A stretch of DNA of 63,743 bases, filler included, from Octopus bimaculoides (lineage: Eukaryota), in assembly GCF_001194135.2 (NCBI RefSeq). It is 5 parts of 4 records of this genome, joined end to end, with 100 filler letters (N's around TTAATTAATTAA, not from the genome) between each part and the next. Parts side by side here need not be neighbours in the genome. Positions count along the whole stretch, not along the records: positions 15,971 to 33,776 come from NC_068983.1; positions 33,877 to 51,921 come from NC_068983.1; 3 more parts are not named here. One strand, given 5' to 3'. Below the pieces are notes generated by a model that was given only the letters and a program-made list of their open reading frames with translations, searched no databases and had not been told where the DNA came from. Every line of letters begins with the position of its first letter. The stretch's first letter is position 1. The translations under genes and the position numbers were made by a program. This document shows positions 23,904 through 36,520 of this stretch, in pieces.

Positions 23904-25329
23904 CATGTACGTAGTTACACACACAGACGGCAAAAATACCGAATTTCTATTCACGTTAAATGAAGAGTTATTTTGATTTTCTTCTAAGAACGTGATCAAT
24001 GTATTACTAGACTACACAATTTTAAGTTGTTAGGTAAATCAAAATATTTGTTGAAATATTTTGATTTATGCCGACAAAAAGACATCAGTTCTGAATGTTT
24101 GTTCAAAATGGAACTTTTATAGGAAAGTATATTTATTTTCACAGAGAAGCAAAGGTTACACCAATTCTTACTCGATTTATATAGTCTGGCTTTTAATATA
24201 TTTCACGCAATTTTGCAATCCTTAACATTGTTACTTTTTATAGCTCGTATATATTTGATAAAATACAGTCCAGTGATTTTTTTTTATTAAAAGAGAGATG
24301 CGATTAAATCGTCCTTTAAATTTATTTCAGTTAACCCAATATACACTGTGGACATTTTGTACAATAAACTATTAAGATTTTGAAAGATATGAATTATTTC
24401 GTGGATAATTTATGAGCTTAAGACCGTTGCACGAGAGGGAAATGTTAGATGTACAAGGTTGTTTCTGATTTCTGCTATCGATGTATGCTATACCTACTTC
24501 AAACTTATTCACATAGCTAAATTTTAAAACTTTTTTTCTAGCATTTCCTTTTGTGATATTTATGGTTCTTCGGGAAGTATCTAATACAAGAAATGCTTAG
24601 TAATACGCGTACACCCTCTAAAATTGAATGGTGCATTGAACCAAATAATTTTCGTCTTCTATTTTTACGCCTGAAAATTATCATTATTTTTATAATTAAT
24701 TCTATAATGAAGCTCAGTTTTATTGCTTTATTGTAATAAGGAGAAATATTATTGAAGGAATATCTTTTAAAGAAAATACTCGATAAAGGCGATTATTCAT
24801 TAGTCGTAAGATTTAAAGCTATTTGTTGAAACTGTAAGCTTTATGTTAAGTCTTCAAATGAAAAACTAAAAGAAATATGAGCTGGAAGATAATATTACTG
24901 TAGCTAAAAGGAGCCGAGAAAGGTGACACTATATATCTATTATGTTGTAGATTTCGTAGGATATGGAGTACAACGTAACTATGACTATGCCACTGATAAA
25001 GTGTGTGGATTGTGGGACTAAATATGTTGCAGTATCCAGCCTGGTATATCTGTATTTTGGACTAATATCTGTAGAGGGAGATTTTGCTCTATTTATCTAA
25101 GTAACATTTATTGTTATTGTGTGTCGTTTAGCATAAAGTCAGTCCTAATCAAACAAACGTATAATCAAGGATGTCCTAGCTGTGACCATCCCTTCTCTTT
25201 GTGTACGTAGGGTTAAATTATCTTATATGTCTTTCATGTTTTGAGATGTGTGATGACAATGTGAGTCTCTCATTGTATTGTTGTGTCTCAGTGGCTTTTT
25301 TCAAAACCTGGGTCTGAAGTAAGGGACAG

Positions 25330-25860
25330 TAAACCATGGCTTTTGAATGCCTTCTTAGACTAGTGAAGTTGAAGCCATTAGTGTTTTTGGTAAATTACGG
25401 GAAAGATATGAGTATGGAGAGAATTCCAGTCAGCCAACATTCTGGGAAGGAAGAACTGGATTTAGTGTTAAGAGAGAAGGCTGGCTATATGGACACCTGA
25501 GAGATGAAATAATGGAGGCTCAGACAATCCCAAAGAATAGAGCTCATTATAGTAGTGGCTGAAAAGGTTGGGGAGGAGACAGCTCATTTATGGGCCAGAG
25601 GCTGGAGTATGTTTTCTATGAGTGACCTTATGCTAATCAGTCGGATAATCCTTTTCTGACGTTGTTAAGTATTCCAAAAGTGAGAGCAATACTTCTTTTT
25701 TGGCTTTATAGAGTGCAAAAAATCTTCGGAGGATAAAGCTATTTTATAAACCTGAAGAGCAGGACCATTCATTGGGATTTAATCCCCACTATGTTGAGGT
25801 TGTGCTTCCGCCAGGAGAAATTCATGGTGATGGAAAGACTCTCAAAGTGTGAAGTAGATG
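25330..25860 (-). mobile_element. Old CR1/Jockey-group LINE 3' fragment, antisense within the gene intron
   Basis: Minus frames give FSWRKHNLNI (LSWxxHI-like), SILWDC, SSFP and DWNSL (LWNSLP-like). Many stops. Confidence 0.55.
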
Positions 25861-26117
25861 TACCAGTCAGTTACTAGTTTGGTGCAATAAATTCTATAAT
25901 AAATTAATTATGTAACCGACCTTCATAGTTATGGAAAGTGATAAATGTATAAAACAAATATACTTCTTGTTTTACACGGAAGTACTTAACTTCATTTACA
26001 CTTTAGCATGTGAATTAAATTTTGCTTGCAAATTTATACTGCCATTATTAAATTTAGTGTTGAGCAAGATCAAAATGTATGTTCGGGTTATTTAGAAACT
26101 TTTTTTCTATATTTAAG

Positions 26118-26213
26118 GCACGACTTGATCTGGGACCCACTGAACTTTTTGAAGATCTTGCTTTTAATATTGATGAACAATTGAAATGGAATACATTAGT
26201 TTCGGAATTCCAG
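26118..26213 (+). CDS. Coding exon (phase 0-0, 32 codons): ARLDLGPTELFEDLAFNIDEQLKWNTLVSEFQ
   Basis: Acceptor ttttttctatatttaAG|GCA and donor CAG|GTTCGT. 96 nt open and phase-compatible with the 21840-21995 exon (joined: ...TLLQARLDLG...). Confidence 0.72.
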
Positions 26214-26267
26214 GTTCGTTAAACCATTTTAGTTTCTGTCTATTATGATATTTTGTTTTCTTTTCAG

Positions 26268-26282
26268 AGGGCACTGGAATAG
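26268..26282 (+). CDS. Putative terminal coding exon: RALE*
   Basis: Strong polypyrimidine acceptor ttttgttttcttttcAG|AGG after a 54-nt intron (26214-26267), read in phase 0 as AGG GCA CTG GAA TAG. The intron is short; without splicing the frame ends QVR*. Confidence 0.5.
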   Translation, partial: RALE

Positions 26283-28748
26283 TAGAAGACATTACAAAAC
26301 TGGACTAAATACAACATAGTTATTTTTTAATAACCATCCACAACACTCTAATTGAACTGATTTAGATGAAAGGCCTCCCAGTCATGACTGTCCTTATCTG
26401 TAACTGTATTACATATTGTCACATACTGGATATTTCGCGGTGATAAAGATGGGTGGATTGAAAGAGTATTCGTGTTCGTGACTACCAAAACATAAAACAA
26501 TTAGCGAAAGCACGGAGTATGCTATCAAGGCGTATTAGCTTGCGAATGACGAAAGTCGTTTTAGTTTCATGCATCTGATTTCACATTTTGCACGAGATCT
26601 TCAGAGGCATGATGTGATTTGAGTGAATTTCAAGCAGGAGGTTCTTCGTCTTGCGGTATTTCGTGTTTCTCTCAAATCCTCCAAACCAGAAATTTGGAAA
26701 TCTATGATAGATTTCATAAAAGTTAGAGATATATGGAAAGACCGAAAACTTTGTTAATACAATTCACAAACAAAAACTGACAAACATTTACAATAACCAT
26801 TTTAGCATGACTACTTTATCAAGAATTGAAATCGCACCGCCTCTGTCATTTTTACTCATCGGAGTTTTAATTGCTTCTTAAAGATAGTGCTCAAATCTAT
26901 CTTTGGTCTAAATACCTAAAACAAACTAAATAATTACTTGCCCTCCGAAGCCTCTGTATGTGGGACTGTAACTGGAAGTTTCTCTCCAAGTAGCAGTAGT
27001 GAGAAAATCTTTATATAGTGAGAAACCAACATCTTACTCCACATATATTATTATTTCTGTCTACGCCCCTCACATTCTCAAAGGGAAAGGCATAATCAGT
27101 CAACTAAGCAATGGTGGTATGGTAAAGATTGTTTCAGATCTCACAGATCCGGAACATACACCACAAGGCATCCCAACAATCGCTCTAACAATTCCGACAA
27201 CCCAACGTCTGGAACTGGTGTATTATTTATCGACCCCGAAACGATGAAAGACAAAGTTAACATAGACAGGAATTGAACTCAGAGTGCGAGAATGAATACC
27301 GCAGAAAGCTTCATTCAGTACTGTAATGACTCTATCAATGCGTTTCTTTGCTCTACTCCACAGCTTTTATTGAAAATTATCACATTCTTTGCACATTATT
27401 TTTGCTTCCTTTATTTGTAAGATTGGAAATTCTGATTTCTTTACATTCAATTCTGTTCCAATGTCTCTTCCAAACAACATCATGAATGAAAGAGCATTTA
27501 TATTTTTATTTATTTATTTATTTTCATTCATTCATTTATTTTATGTCCAAATTTATATTGTCAGTACCAGTTATTTCCCCCTGATTCACCAGCCTTTCAG
27601 TGTTACACACACACGCACACTCTCTCTCTCTTTCTCTCTCACACACACACTCACACACACATACATGCACACATATATACATATACACACACACACATGC
27701 ATATATATATATATATACACATGTACACACACGCACACACACGCACATGAGCGCACATACACATAATATATAGTGCGTATTTCGTGCATGTAACTGGTAG
27801 TGGGAGCAGTGGTGTCTTTGAATAAATGCTGGACTATTTACTTAACAAAATGTTGTTTTTTCCTGTTTGGTCAGATATTGACAAAACGAAACATCTAGTT
27901 TATTTGTATATTTTCTATTTGTTGTTAGTGTTTTCAGAACAAACATTCTTTTAAACCATTCCCGTCTAGACAGCAGGAATTCCAATATCGCGATTCTATT
28001 TTCATAGCAGACAATCTTTTTTTTTTTTTATATATTCTCTGTTAATTTTATTCACCTAATTATTATTTGCTTGTTTATTTGTGTGTTTATTTGTTTGGTA
28101 TCTGTCTGTTTGTCACATTGCTAGTCCATTTGCTATAATGTGTTGAATCGATTGTATGCTTTTGCATAAAGCATTCCTGCAAACAACACTGGAGCTTACA
28201 AATGTAGAAAGAAGCAAATGAGGTCGCTTGCTCAGCTAGAAATAGCAGTAATATATACTTCATATCACAGCTTAATGCTTTACAAAAGGAAAGCCGGATA
28301 TAGCGAAGTCCAAGATGTGACATTATTTTTTAGAGGAGGTTCTTGTCATGGCCGTAATCATAAGTCTTATTGATTATGTCTGTCTTGGTGAAAAAAAAAA
28401 AAAAACATCATCAACAATACTATATACTCAATAAGGAATTTGTTTATAATCGCTCAAAGCACTAAAAATAGCAGTGAACTCATTTTTACAAGAATGTTTA
28501 CAAAATTATACACGGTGAAAATACCGAATTCCTAACTAAATAAAAGTCAAGATGCTCCACAGAAAATGTGATTTGATGAATGATGGTAAAATTTAGACAG
28601 TGATCATGGAGGTTAATAAGATGTTAGCGGAAGCCGAAGAATTTCCGTCATTTTTAAATGTTATAATATTTTATAATGTTATATGTTTCAGTACGTAAAC
28701 TTATAAATCTCCAGAACATTGCTCCATAATATTAAATATTTCAATTAT

Positions 28749-29412
28749 GGGATCTTGTTCAAAACGGGGGCACCAGTTTTCATTTATGTTTTATGTAGTG
28801 TTTTTGGTACCGAAAGACTTTCAAACTTCGTATACTTATCTATTTTGTGTTATAGAACAGAAATAAATTTTTGTATTCGAATTTATTTCATGTAAAAAAT
28901 TGTCTTATTTCGATAATTTCAACCAATCACTGACAAGTATTCAGCTGTTTACACTTACTCCTTTGGAAGTTTAAGCGGTGTAAAGCGTATTTAATCTCCA
29001 TTACTTCTGACATTTTGCTGAGGCAACACACGTGTGTTCGTTTTCCCTAGCCCTAACCCTAATTGACTTGCTCCTTCCCTCAAAAACCATGCCTTGTGCC
29101 TATAATAGAAAGGTTTATTAGCTACTGCCAATATGCTTCAGCCATTTTTTGACAAGGAAATAATAATTTTATCACCGCGAGAATCGTTTGTTTACATAGT
29201 CAGCAGTTAATGTCTTCGGCTGAATGGACGCCAGTCATTGGTTGAAATTACAGAAATACGACAACTTTAACATGAAATAACTTGCGATGTACGTTTTTTT
29301 GTTAAGAAGACTAAGAGAAAAAGATGTTTTATATGACACATTCTACCAGTGTCCCAAGTTTCAAAGTGTTTCGTTAAGAAAATACTGGTGCCCCCGTTTT
29401 GAACAAAATCCC
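28749..29412. mobile_element. 664-bp foldback/MITE-type DNA element with 29-bp TIRs
   Basis: TIRs GGGATCTTGTTCAAAACGGGGGCACCAGT (28749-28777) and ACTGGTGCCCCCGTTTTGAACAAAATCCC (29384-29412) match at 28/29. Imperfect inverted arms extend about 200 bp. The element is flanked by a direct repeat AATTAT. Confidence 0.85.
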
Positions 29413-29441
29413 AATTATGCTTCCAGTTACCTTCCATACAT

Positions 29442-29630
29442 AAGGTTGTCGAAAGCCTAACACTCGACCTTGAAGAATCATTGTATTAAATATTTTGATT
29501 ATGTTCCAGATTCCTTTCTAAACTTAAAGTTGTTGAAAGCATAACCCCCGGCCTTGATTCACCATACTAAATATTCTCATTATGTCTTCGATTTCTTTCT
29601 ATAGATAAAGTTGTCGAAGGCCTAACACTC
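29442..29630 (+). repeat. Degenerate 81-84-bp tandem repeat x2.3
   Basis: Units start at 29442, 29526 and 29607 with aa(g/a)gttgt(c/t)gaa(a/g)gc(c/a)taac. Confidence 0.7.
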
Positions 29631-29667
29631 AAACGAATGAAGGCTGCGACAGGCATAATATTATACA

Positions 29668-29715
29668 CTAGCTGGACCCGTGAAAAATTCACGGAAAACA
29701 TAAAAAATGTAACCA
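29668..29715 (-). mobile_element. Helitron 3' terminus of a related family
   Basis: Minus strand: hairpin CCGTGAA-TTT-TTCACGG (29678-29694), then GTCCAG-CTAG|T. The 5' end was not identified. Confidence 0.6.
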
Positions 29716-29977
29716 TCTGTAAGCAGTGTACTGGTGCCATGAGAAATGTTTGTATGTTATGACCGTCTGTCTTTACGTTCTGAGTTCAAATTCTGCCGAG
29801 GTCAACTTTGCCTTTCGTTTTTTCGGGATCGATAAATTACATACCAGCTGTGTACTGGGGTCGATCTAAACAACTGGCCCCCTCCACGTAAACGGAATTA
29901 CTATTTAACCTTAAAATACATCGTACATATTCAAAGAATCTTCTTGGTTTAGCGGTACAGAATGTTCTTCTGGTATT

Positions 29978-30195
29978 CTTTTATTCTTTTACTTGTTTCA
30001 GTCATTTGACGGTGGCCATGCTGGAGCACCACCCTTCAGTCGAAAAAATTGACCCCTGGACTTATTCCCTGTAAACCTGGTGCTTATTCTATCAGTCACT
30101 TCTGCTGAACAGCTAAACGACAGGGACGCAAACGCACCAACATCAGTTGTCAAGCAATGGTGGTGGTGGTGGTGGGATAAACACAGACACAAACA
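29978..30195 (-). mobile_element. SINE family D copy
   Basis: Reverse complement of 40375-40570 along its length. Confidence 0.8.
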
Positions 30196-30201
30196 GTCAC
30201 A

Positions 30202-30235
<34 letters not shown>

Positions 30236-30240
30236 CATAC

Positions 30241-30276
<36 letters not shown>

Positions 30277-31433
30277 NNNNNNNNNNNNNNNNNNNNNNNN
30301 NNNNNNNNNNNNNNNNNNNNNNNNNNNNNNNNNNNNNNNNNNNNNNNNNNNNNNNNNNNNNNNNNNNNNNNNNNNNNNNNNNNNNNNNNNNNNNNNNNNN
30401 NNNNNNNNNNNNNNNNNNNNNNNNNNNNNNNNNNNNNNNNNNNNNNNNNNNNNNNNNNNNATATATATAAATATATATATATATACGTCTCGAGTTGTAG
30501 CTGTAATTCAAAGGGGCCAGCCATGTCATATTCTGTGTAAGGCTGAATCTCCCTGAGAACTACGTTAATGTTATGCATGTCTGTAGAGTACTCAGCTATT
30601 TGTAAGTTAATTTTATCCTCGTGTGCTAATGAAAAGTGAAATTGACATCCAATATTTGCTGTCTGTATGTATCTATGTATGAAATTTTCTCTGGGTTTAT
30701 GTATCTACTGTCTCTCTCACTTTCTCTCTTTCTCTTTCATTTCCTTTGTATCCCTCTTCTCTCCCGCTTTTGATTTAACAATGTGTATATGTATCTATGT
30801 ATCTTCTTCTCTTGCGATTAACGCCGTCACCACTCACTGCCTCTTTCCTTTTCTCTCTCTCTCTCTCACTCTCTCACTATCTCTCTTACTTCTTCTCAGG
30901 AACATTTGAAAACACAAAAGGAACACCGTTACCAATCACTGTCTCTTTCACTCTCCGTTTTTCTCTCTCACTCTCATTTTCTCTCTCATTCTCCCTTTCT
31001 CTCTCTCTCTCCCTCTCTCTTACATCCTGTCTGTCCCCTCTCTCGCTTTGCCACTTCCTTGAAGTAAGTGTGACGCACAGAATAGGTACGTACAAAAACA
31101 AAAAGTTAGCGTATTAATATTATCGATACTCTTATATCACGTGATCATTGAAAGACGACTGAATCTATTTACTTTAGACATTTCCCTATATTTTATTTTC
31201 TTCTAATGATTCTTAACTGCAACATTATGAAGAAACAGCATGTAACTGTTAACGCTTTTATTTATATATGTCAACTGATGAACAATAGCGTCGTTGATTA
31301 CAAGTTTCCATGGAGGCAATCACTAGTTCACTTGATTTAATGATAGCCAGGATAAGGGAGGGTCTATTAAGCATTTGGCTATCCTCCGTTCCATGTATGT
31401 TCGTATACATGTATGTGTATATGAATTCCATGT

Positions 31434-31464
<31 letters not shown>

Positions 31465-31569
31465 TATATATATGTATGAATATATATGTACAAAGAGAGA
31501 GAGAGAGAGATCTACATTCATATATAAGTGTATGTAGGTATACATACATGCATACAACCACACACTCAC

Positions 31570-31612
<43 letters not shown>

Positions 31613-32081
31613 CATATGTATACACGCACACACAAATATATGCACACATGCATATGTATATGTACATATGCACGCATACACATCGCATACATGCACATGC
31701 ATACACACACACAAAAATATATATTTGGGAAAGATGGCACTGAGGGATAATAAAGAAAGTTACAGGAAAACTACAACAGAGTACAAGCATATCGAAATGT
31801 AGCCCCTTCACCAGTTATCAACCGGAAATCATTACATTTTCGGTACCTATATTTTTTTTTATACTTTCATATGTCTGTGAAGCATAAACCAGTTAAGCTA
31901 AACTAAAATAACGTCTAATTTGTGATCCAGTAACAATTTAAAGAATAACTATTTCCTTTCACTAGTTCAGTTCTTATTTCTGTTTACTGAGGCATCAAAT
32001 TGATGAGTGAGATATGCTCATGGATATGACAATAGTCCTTTATTGAGATGGACATCACTTTGGAAAGAATGCATTCTATTG

Positions 32082-32112
<31 letters not shown>

Positions 32113-32251
32113 TGTTGCTGCTGTTATGCACACATACCGGCATACACACATGCCTCGCAAATCCTTTACTCTCTTTCTCTAACCATCTTTCGCCCCATGT
32201 ATGCATATAATGCACATATGCATAGGTACATATACACATGTGCACACACAC

Positions 32252-32284
<33 letters not shown>

Positions 32285-32844
32285 TGTATGCATGCATGCA
32301 TACATGTATGTATGTATGTATGTATGTACGTATGCATACAATAGTAAAATGTAACACTGGAGGATGACGAAGGGACATACGGAAAATAAGAACAAAAAAT
32401 AAACAGAAAGAGTAAGTGAACGCTCACCATTCACTGGTTATCGATTAAGAATCCCACTTTCAACGCCTACACATACATAGATACATACATACATACATAC
32501 ATACATACATACATACATACATACATACATACATACGAGGGCATACTGAAAAGTTCTTGGCTTTAANNNNNNNNNNNNNNNNNNNNNNNNNNNNNNNNNN
32601 NNNNNNNNNNNNNNNNNNNNNNNNNNNNNNNNNNNNNNNNNNNNNNNNNNNNNNNNNNNNNNNNNNNNNNNNNNNNNNNNNNNNNNNNNNNNNNNNNNNN
32701 NNNNNNNNNNNNNNNNNNNNNNNNNNNNNNNNNNNNNNNNNNNNNNNNNNNNNNNNNNNNNNNNNNNNNNNNNCTACACATACATAGATACATACATACA
32801 TACATACATACATACATACATACATACATACATACATACATACA

Positions 32845-33065
32845 TACGAGGGCATACTGAAAAGTTCTTGGCTTTAAGAGTATCGTGAAATGCTTGGTTG
32901 GAAGCCTAACCTTCCGAGTTCTTTTACAGAGCTTAGAAAAACTGATAGACCGCTGTAATAAGTGTGTGAAGAGGGTAGGGACAGATATGTTGAATAAAAT
33001 CATAATTAACTAATACTCCTGTATTTTCTTTTACCCAAAGCTAGGGAATTTTCGGCATCCTCTTA
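32845..33065 (+). mobile_element. Mariner-derived non-autonomous element (MITE)
   Basis: Imperfect TIRs TACGAGGGCATACTGAAAAGTTCTTGGCTTT and AAAGCTAGGGAATTTTCGGCATCCTCTTA, TA-flanked. The interior reads ELRKTDRPL / LIDRCNKCV, resembling the mariner C-terminal RWxKC motif. Confidence 0.65.
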
Positions 33066-33877
33066 TATATGTAGGATGCCTTATATAATAAGCAATATTG
33101 TGTCTCGTTGTTGTTGATGCTCTAGGGCCAGATCTGACCAGACAGTTTTACAGCACGAGTCAGCCGAACAACGAGATACGATTACAGATAAATTCCATAT
33201 TACCATACAGAGGTATGACAATCACACCTTGACACGTAACGATGACTGTTATGGATTGCAGCAACCTGAACATATTGTACACTCTCCACTGTTTAATTGA
33301 TTTGAACATACTTTTTATTATTGTGGTTGTTGTTTAAACCTAGATCACCCCTAATTGAGCTGAGCTATGATCAACGGTTTTTTAACCATGACCCTCTGGA
33401 CTTTTCCAATCGACATCTTGGGTTGCTTTATCCAATGAGTCCTTTCTTTGTCCATAGACAGAGTGATACAGTTGCTTTTAGTTTGAAGTGGTAAGTATAA
33501 GCTGATACGGAAATGACCTCTAACGAAAGTGAATCAGACTGCAGTATCCCTACATAAACCACGATAGACGATCTTCTCTACCTGTCATTTTACGGATTTT
33601 ATAACAATATGGTTAAGTCAGTAACAGCTGTTATTTCCTGTCAATTGTACAACTTCTATAGAGAAGAGTAGATACCACAGCTATTTCCTCTCTATATTGT
33701 ACATTACTGAACAACTTACAGCTTCAAAGCAATATAATGAAGTAGATATCACTGTTATTTCCAGCCATATATATATNNNNNNNNNNNNNNNNNNNNNNNN
33801 NNNNNNNNNNNNNNNNNNNNTTAATTAATTAANNNNNNNNNNNNNNNNNNNNNNNNNNNNNNNNNNNNNNNNNNNNA

Positions 33878-33913
<36 letters not shown>

Positions 33914-34456
33914 TGCATTGACAAACGCATATACACATACGCACAAGCAGTTTATTGATAAAAACCTTCGTCTTTGTTCGTCTGCTTTAAGATTTTGTCT
34001 ATTTCTCCATTTCTTTAGATGTATTTTTGTCGTTCTTTATCTTGGCTGCTGGTCAATCACCCATTTAGCTGTCTGATCTACCACGCTTATCTACTTCTTT
34101 GTCTGACCTCCTCACACATACATACATACCATATATATGTGTGCGTATGTGTGTGTGTATTTGTGTATATATATATATATATAGATATATAGATATATAT
34201 ACACACATATAAAGATATTGATGACACATACATAGAGTGAAGCTTTCTGTTGCTTTCTTTGGTCTTCCTCTTTACCATTCTCTCGCATTCGCTTTTCCAT
34301 ATTTCTTCTCCTTTATTCAAACTGCTTTAAATACTTCGGAATTTTAACTTCTCTTAATCTTCTTCCGGTTTTTTTTTTGTCACATTACATATATGCACAC
34401 ATCTTCACACAAACATGCACATGTTCTTAAATACACATATATATTTNNNNNNNNNN

Positions 34457-34495
<39 letters not shown>

Positions 34496-34584
34496 CATAT
34501 TTGTAATTACACATATACACACTCGCGGGTATAATTCCTCTTGTCTATTTCAACAAAATCGCCAAATCTCATATGAACATTTTG

Positions 34585-34639
<55 letters not shown>

Positions 34640-36487
34640 TTTCTGTTTCTCTTTCTCTCTCTTCCAGTCTCACTATCTTTCTTTCTTTCTTTCTTTCTCA
34701 TTCTGTCTTTATATGTCTGTACGTACGTATGTATGTATGTATGTATGTATGTATCTATATCTATCTATCTATCTATCTATGTATCTATCTATCTATCTAT
34801 CTATCTACTTATCTATCTATCTATCTAGCTATCTATCTATCTATCTATCTATTTATCTATCTANNNNNNNNNNNNNNNNNNNNNNNNNNNNNNNNNNNNN
34901 NNNNNNNNNNNNNNNNNNNNNNNNNNNNNNNNNNNNNNNNNNNNNNNNNNNNNNNNNNNNNNNNNNNNNNNNNNNNNNNNNNNNNNNNNNNNNNNNNNNN
35001 NNNNNNNNNNNNNNNNNNNNNNNNNNNNNNNNNNNNNNNNNNNNNNNNNNNNNNNNNNNNNNNNNNNNNNNNNNNNNNNNNNNNNNNNNNNNNNNNNNNN
35101 NNNNNNNNNNNNNNNNNNNNNNNNNNNNNNNNNNNNNNNNNNNNNNNNNNNNNNNNNNNNNNNNNNNNNNNNNNNNNNNNNNNNNNNNNNNNNNNNNNNN
35201 NNNNNNNNNNNNNNNNNNNNNNNNNNNNNNNNNNNNNNNNNNNNNNNNNNNNNNNNNNNNNNNNNNNNNNNNNNNNNNNNNNNNNNNNNNNNNNNNNNNN
35301 NNNNNNNNNNNNNNNNNNNNNNNNNNNNNNNNNNNNNNNNNNNNNNNNNNNNNNNNNNNNNNNNNNNNNNNNNNNNNNNNNNNNNNNNNNNNNNNNNNNN
35401 NNNNNNNNNNNNNNNNNNNNNNNNNNNNNNNNNNNNNNNNNNNNNNNNNNNNNNNNNNNNNNNNNNNNNNNNNNNNNNNNNNNNNNNNNNNNNNNNNNNN
35501 NNNNNNNNNNNNNNNNNNNNNNNNNNNNNNNNNNNNNNNNNNNNNNNNNNNNNNNNNNNNNNNNNNNNNNNNNNNNNNNNNNNNNNNNNNNNNNNNNNNN
35601 NNNNNNNNNNNNNNNNNNNNNNNNNNNNNNNNNNNNNNNNNNNNNNNNNNNNNNNNNNNNNNNNNNNNNNNNNNNNNNNNNNNNNNNNNNNNNATATATA
35701 TATATATATATACATGCATAAATATATATATATCCATTTTCATGTATGGTCGGAAACCGAGGTCTAAAATTGTCTACAAGAGATTACGGTATTTGTGGAG
35801 AGGAGAGAATTCTGAATCGCCTTTATTTTTACTCAGGAAAATTTACCACCTGAAGTCTATCATCTTTCGCGGCCGTGGAGTTTTCTCTCATGTCTTTAAA
35901 GATTACTAACACAGGATGTGAGCAATTGTCTCTCAAAATCCCTAAAATCTATGAACGATTGAACGGCTAACAAACATATATGTCAAGGTCTTGTATACAC
36001 AAATACACACACGCACACACATATATATATGCATATATACATACACATATATGCATATATATATATATATGTGTGTGTGTTTGTGTATATACACACGCAC
36101 ACATAGATACAGAAATACTTTCCTGGGAAAATGAAATCTTCCCATGGGGAAATATGCCAGAGTAGCAACTGTGAAGAACGGTTGTCGATAGCCTGTGTTC
36201 GATGGGGAGCTAAGGGCTTAAGTATAAACGCATTAAATTTCAACAGATGTATATTTGCATCTATGCGAATAAACGATCTTGTGTGCAAAACAGACACATA
36301 TCCATTAGTAGAGACGCACCTATCCGGTCGCGCACTGAAATACTTGCATATATGCGTGTGTGCGACGACATGTAAATCTATCTATATTTATGTATACACA
36401 CACACACTCAGACACACGTAGATATATATGTGAGTATATGTGTGTTTGTGTGTGATTGAATGTGTATATATACAGACACCTGTAAAA

Positions 36488-36520
<33 letters not shown>

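Noticed and set aside
29045-29062. CCCTAG-CCCTAA-CCCTAA telomere-like motif
   Set aside because: Only about three units inside a SINE tail remnant, too short to call an interstitial telomeric repeat.
32460-32876. About 105-bp direct repeat on both sides of gap 32567-32773, including the mariner left TIR
   Set aside because: Identical sequence at both contig ends flanking Ns indicates an unmerged overlap in the assembly rather than a real duplication.
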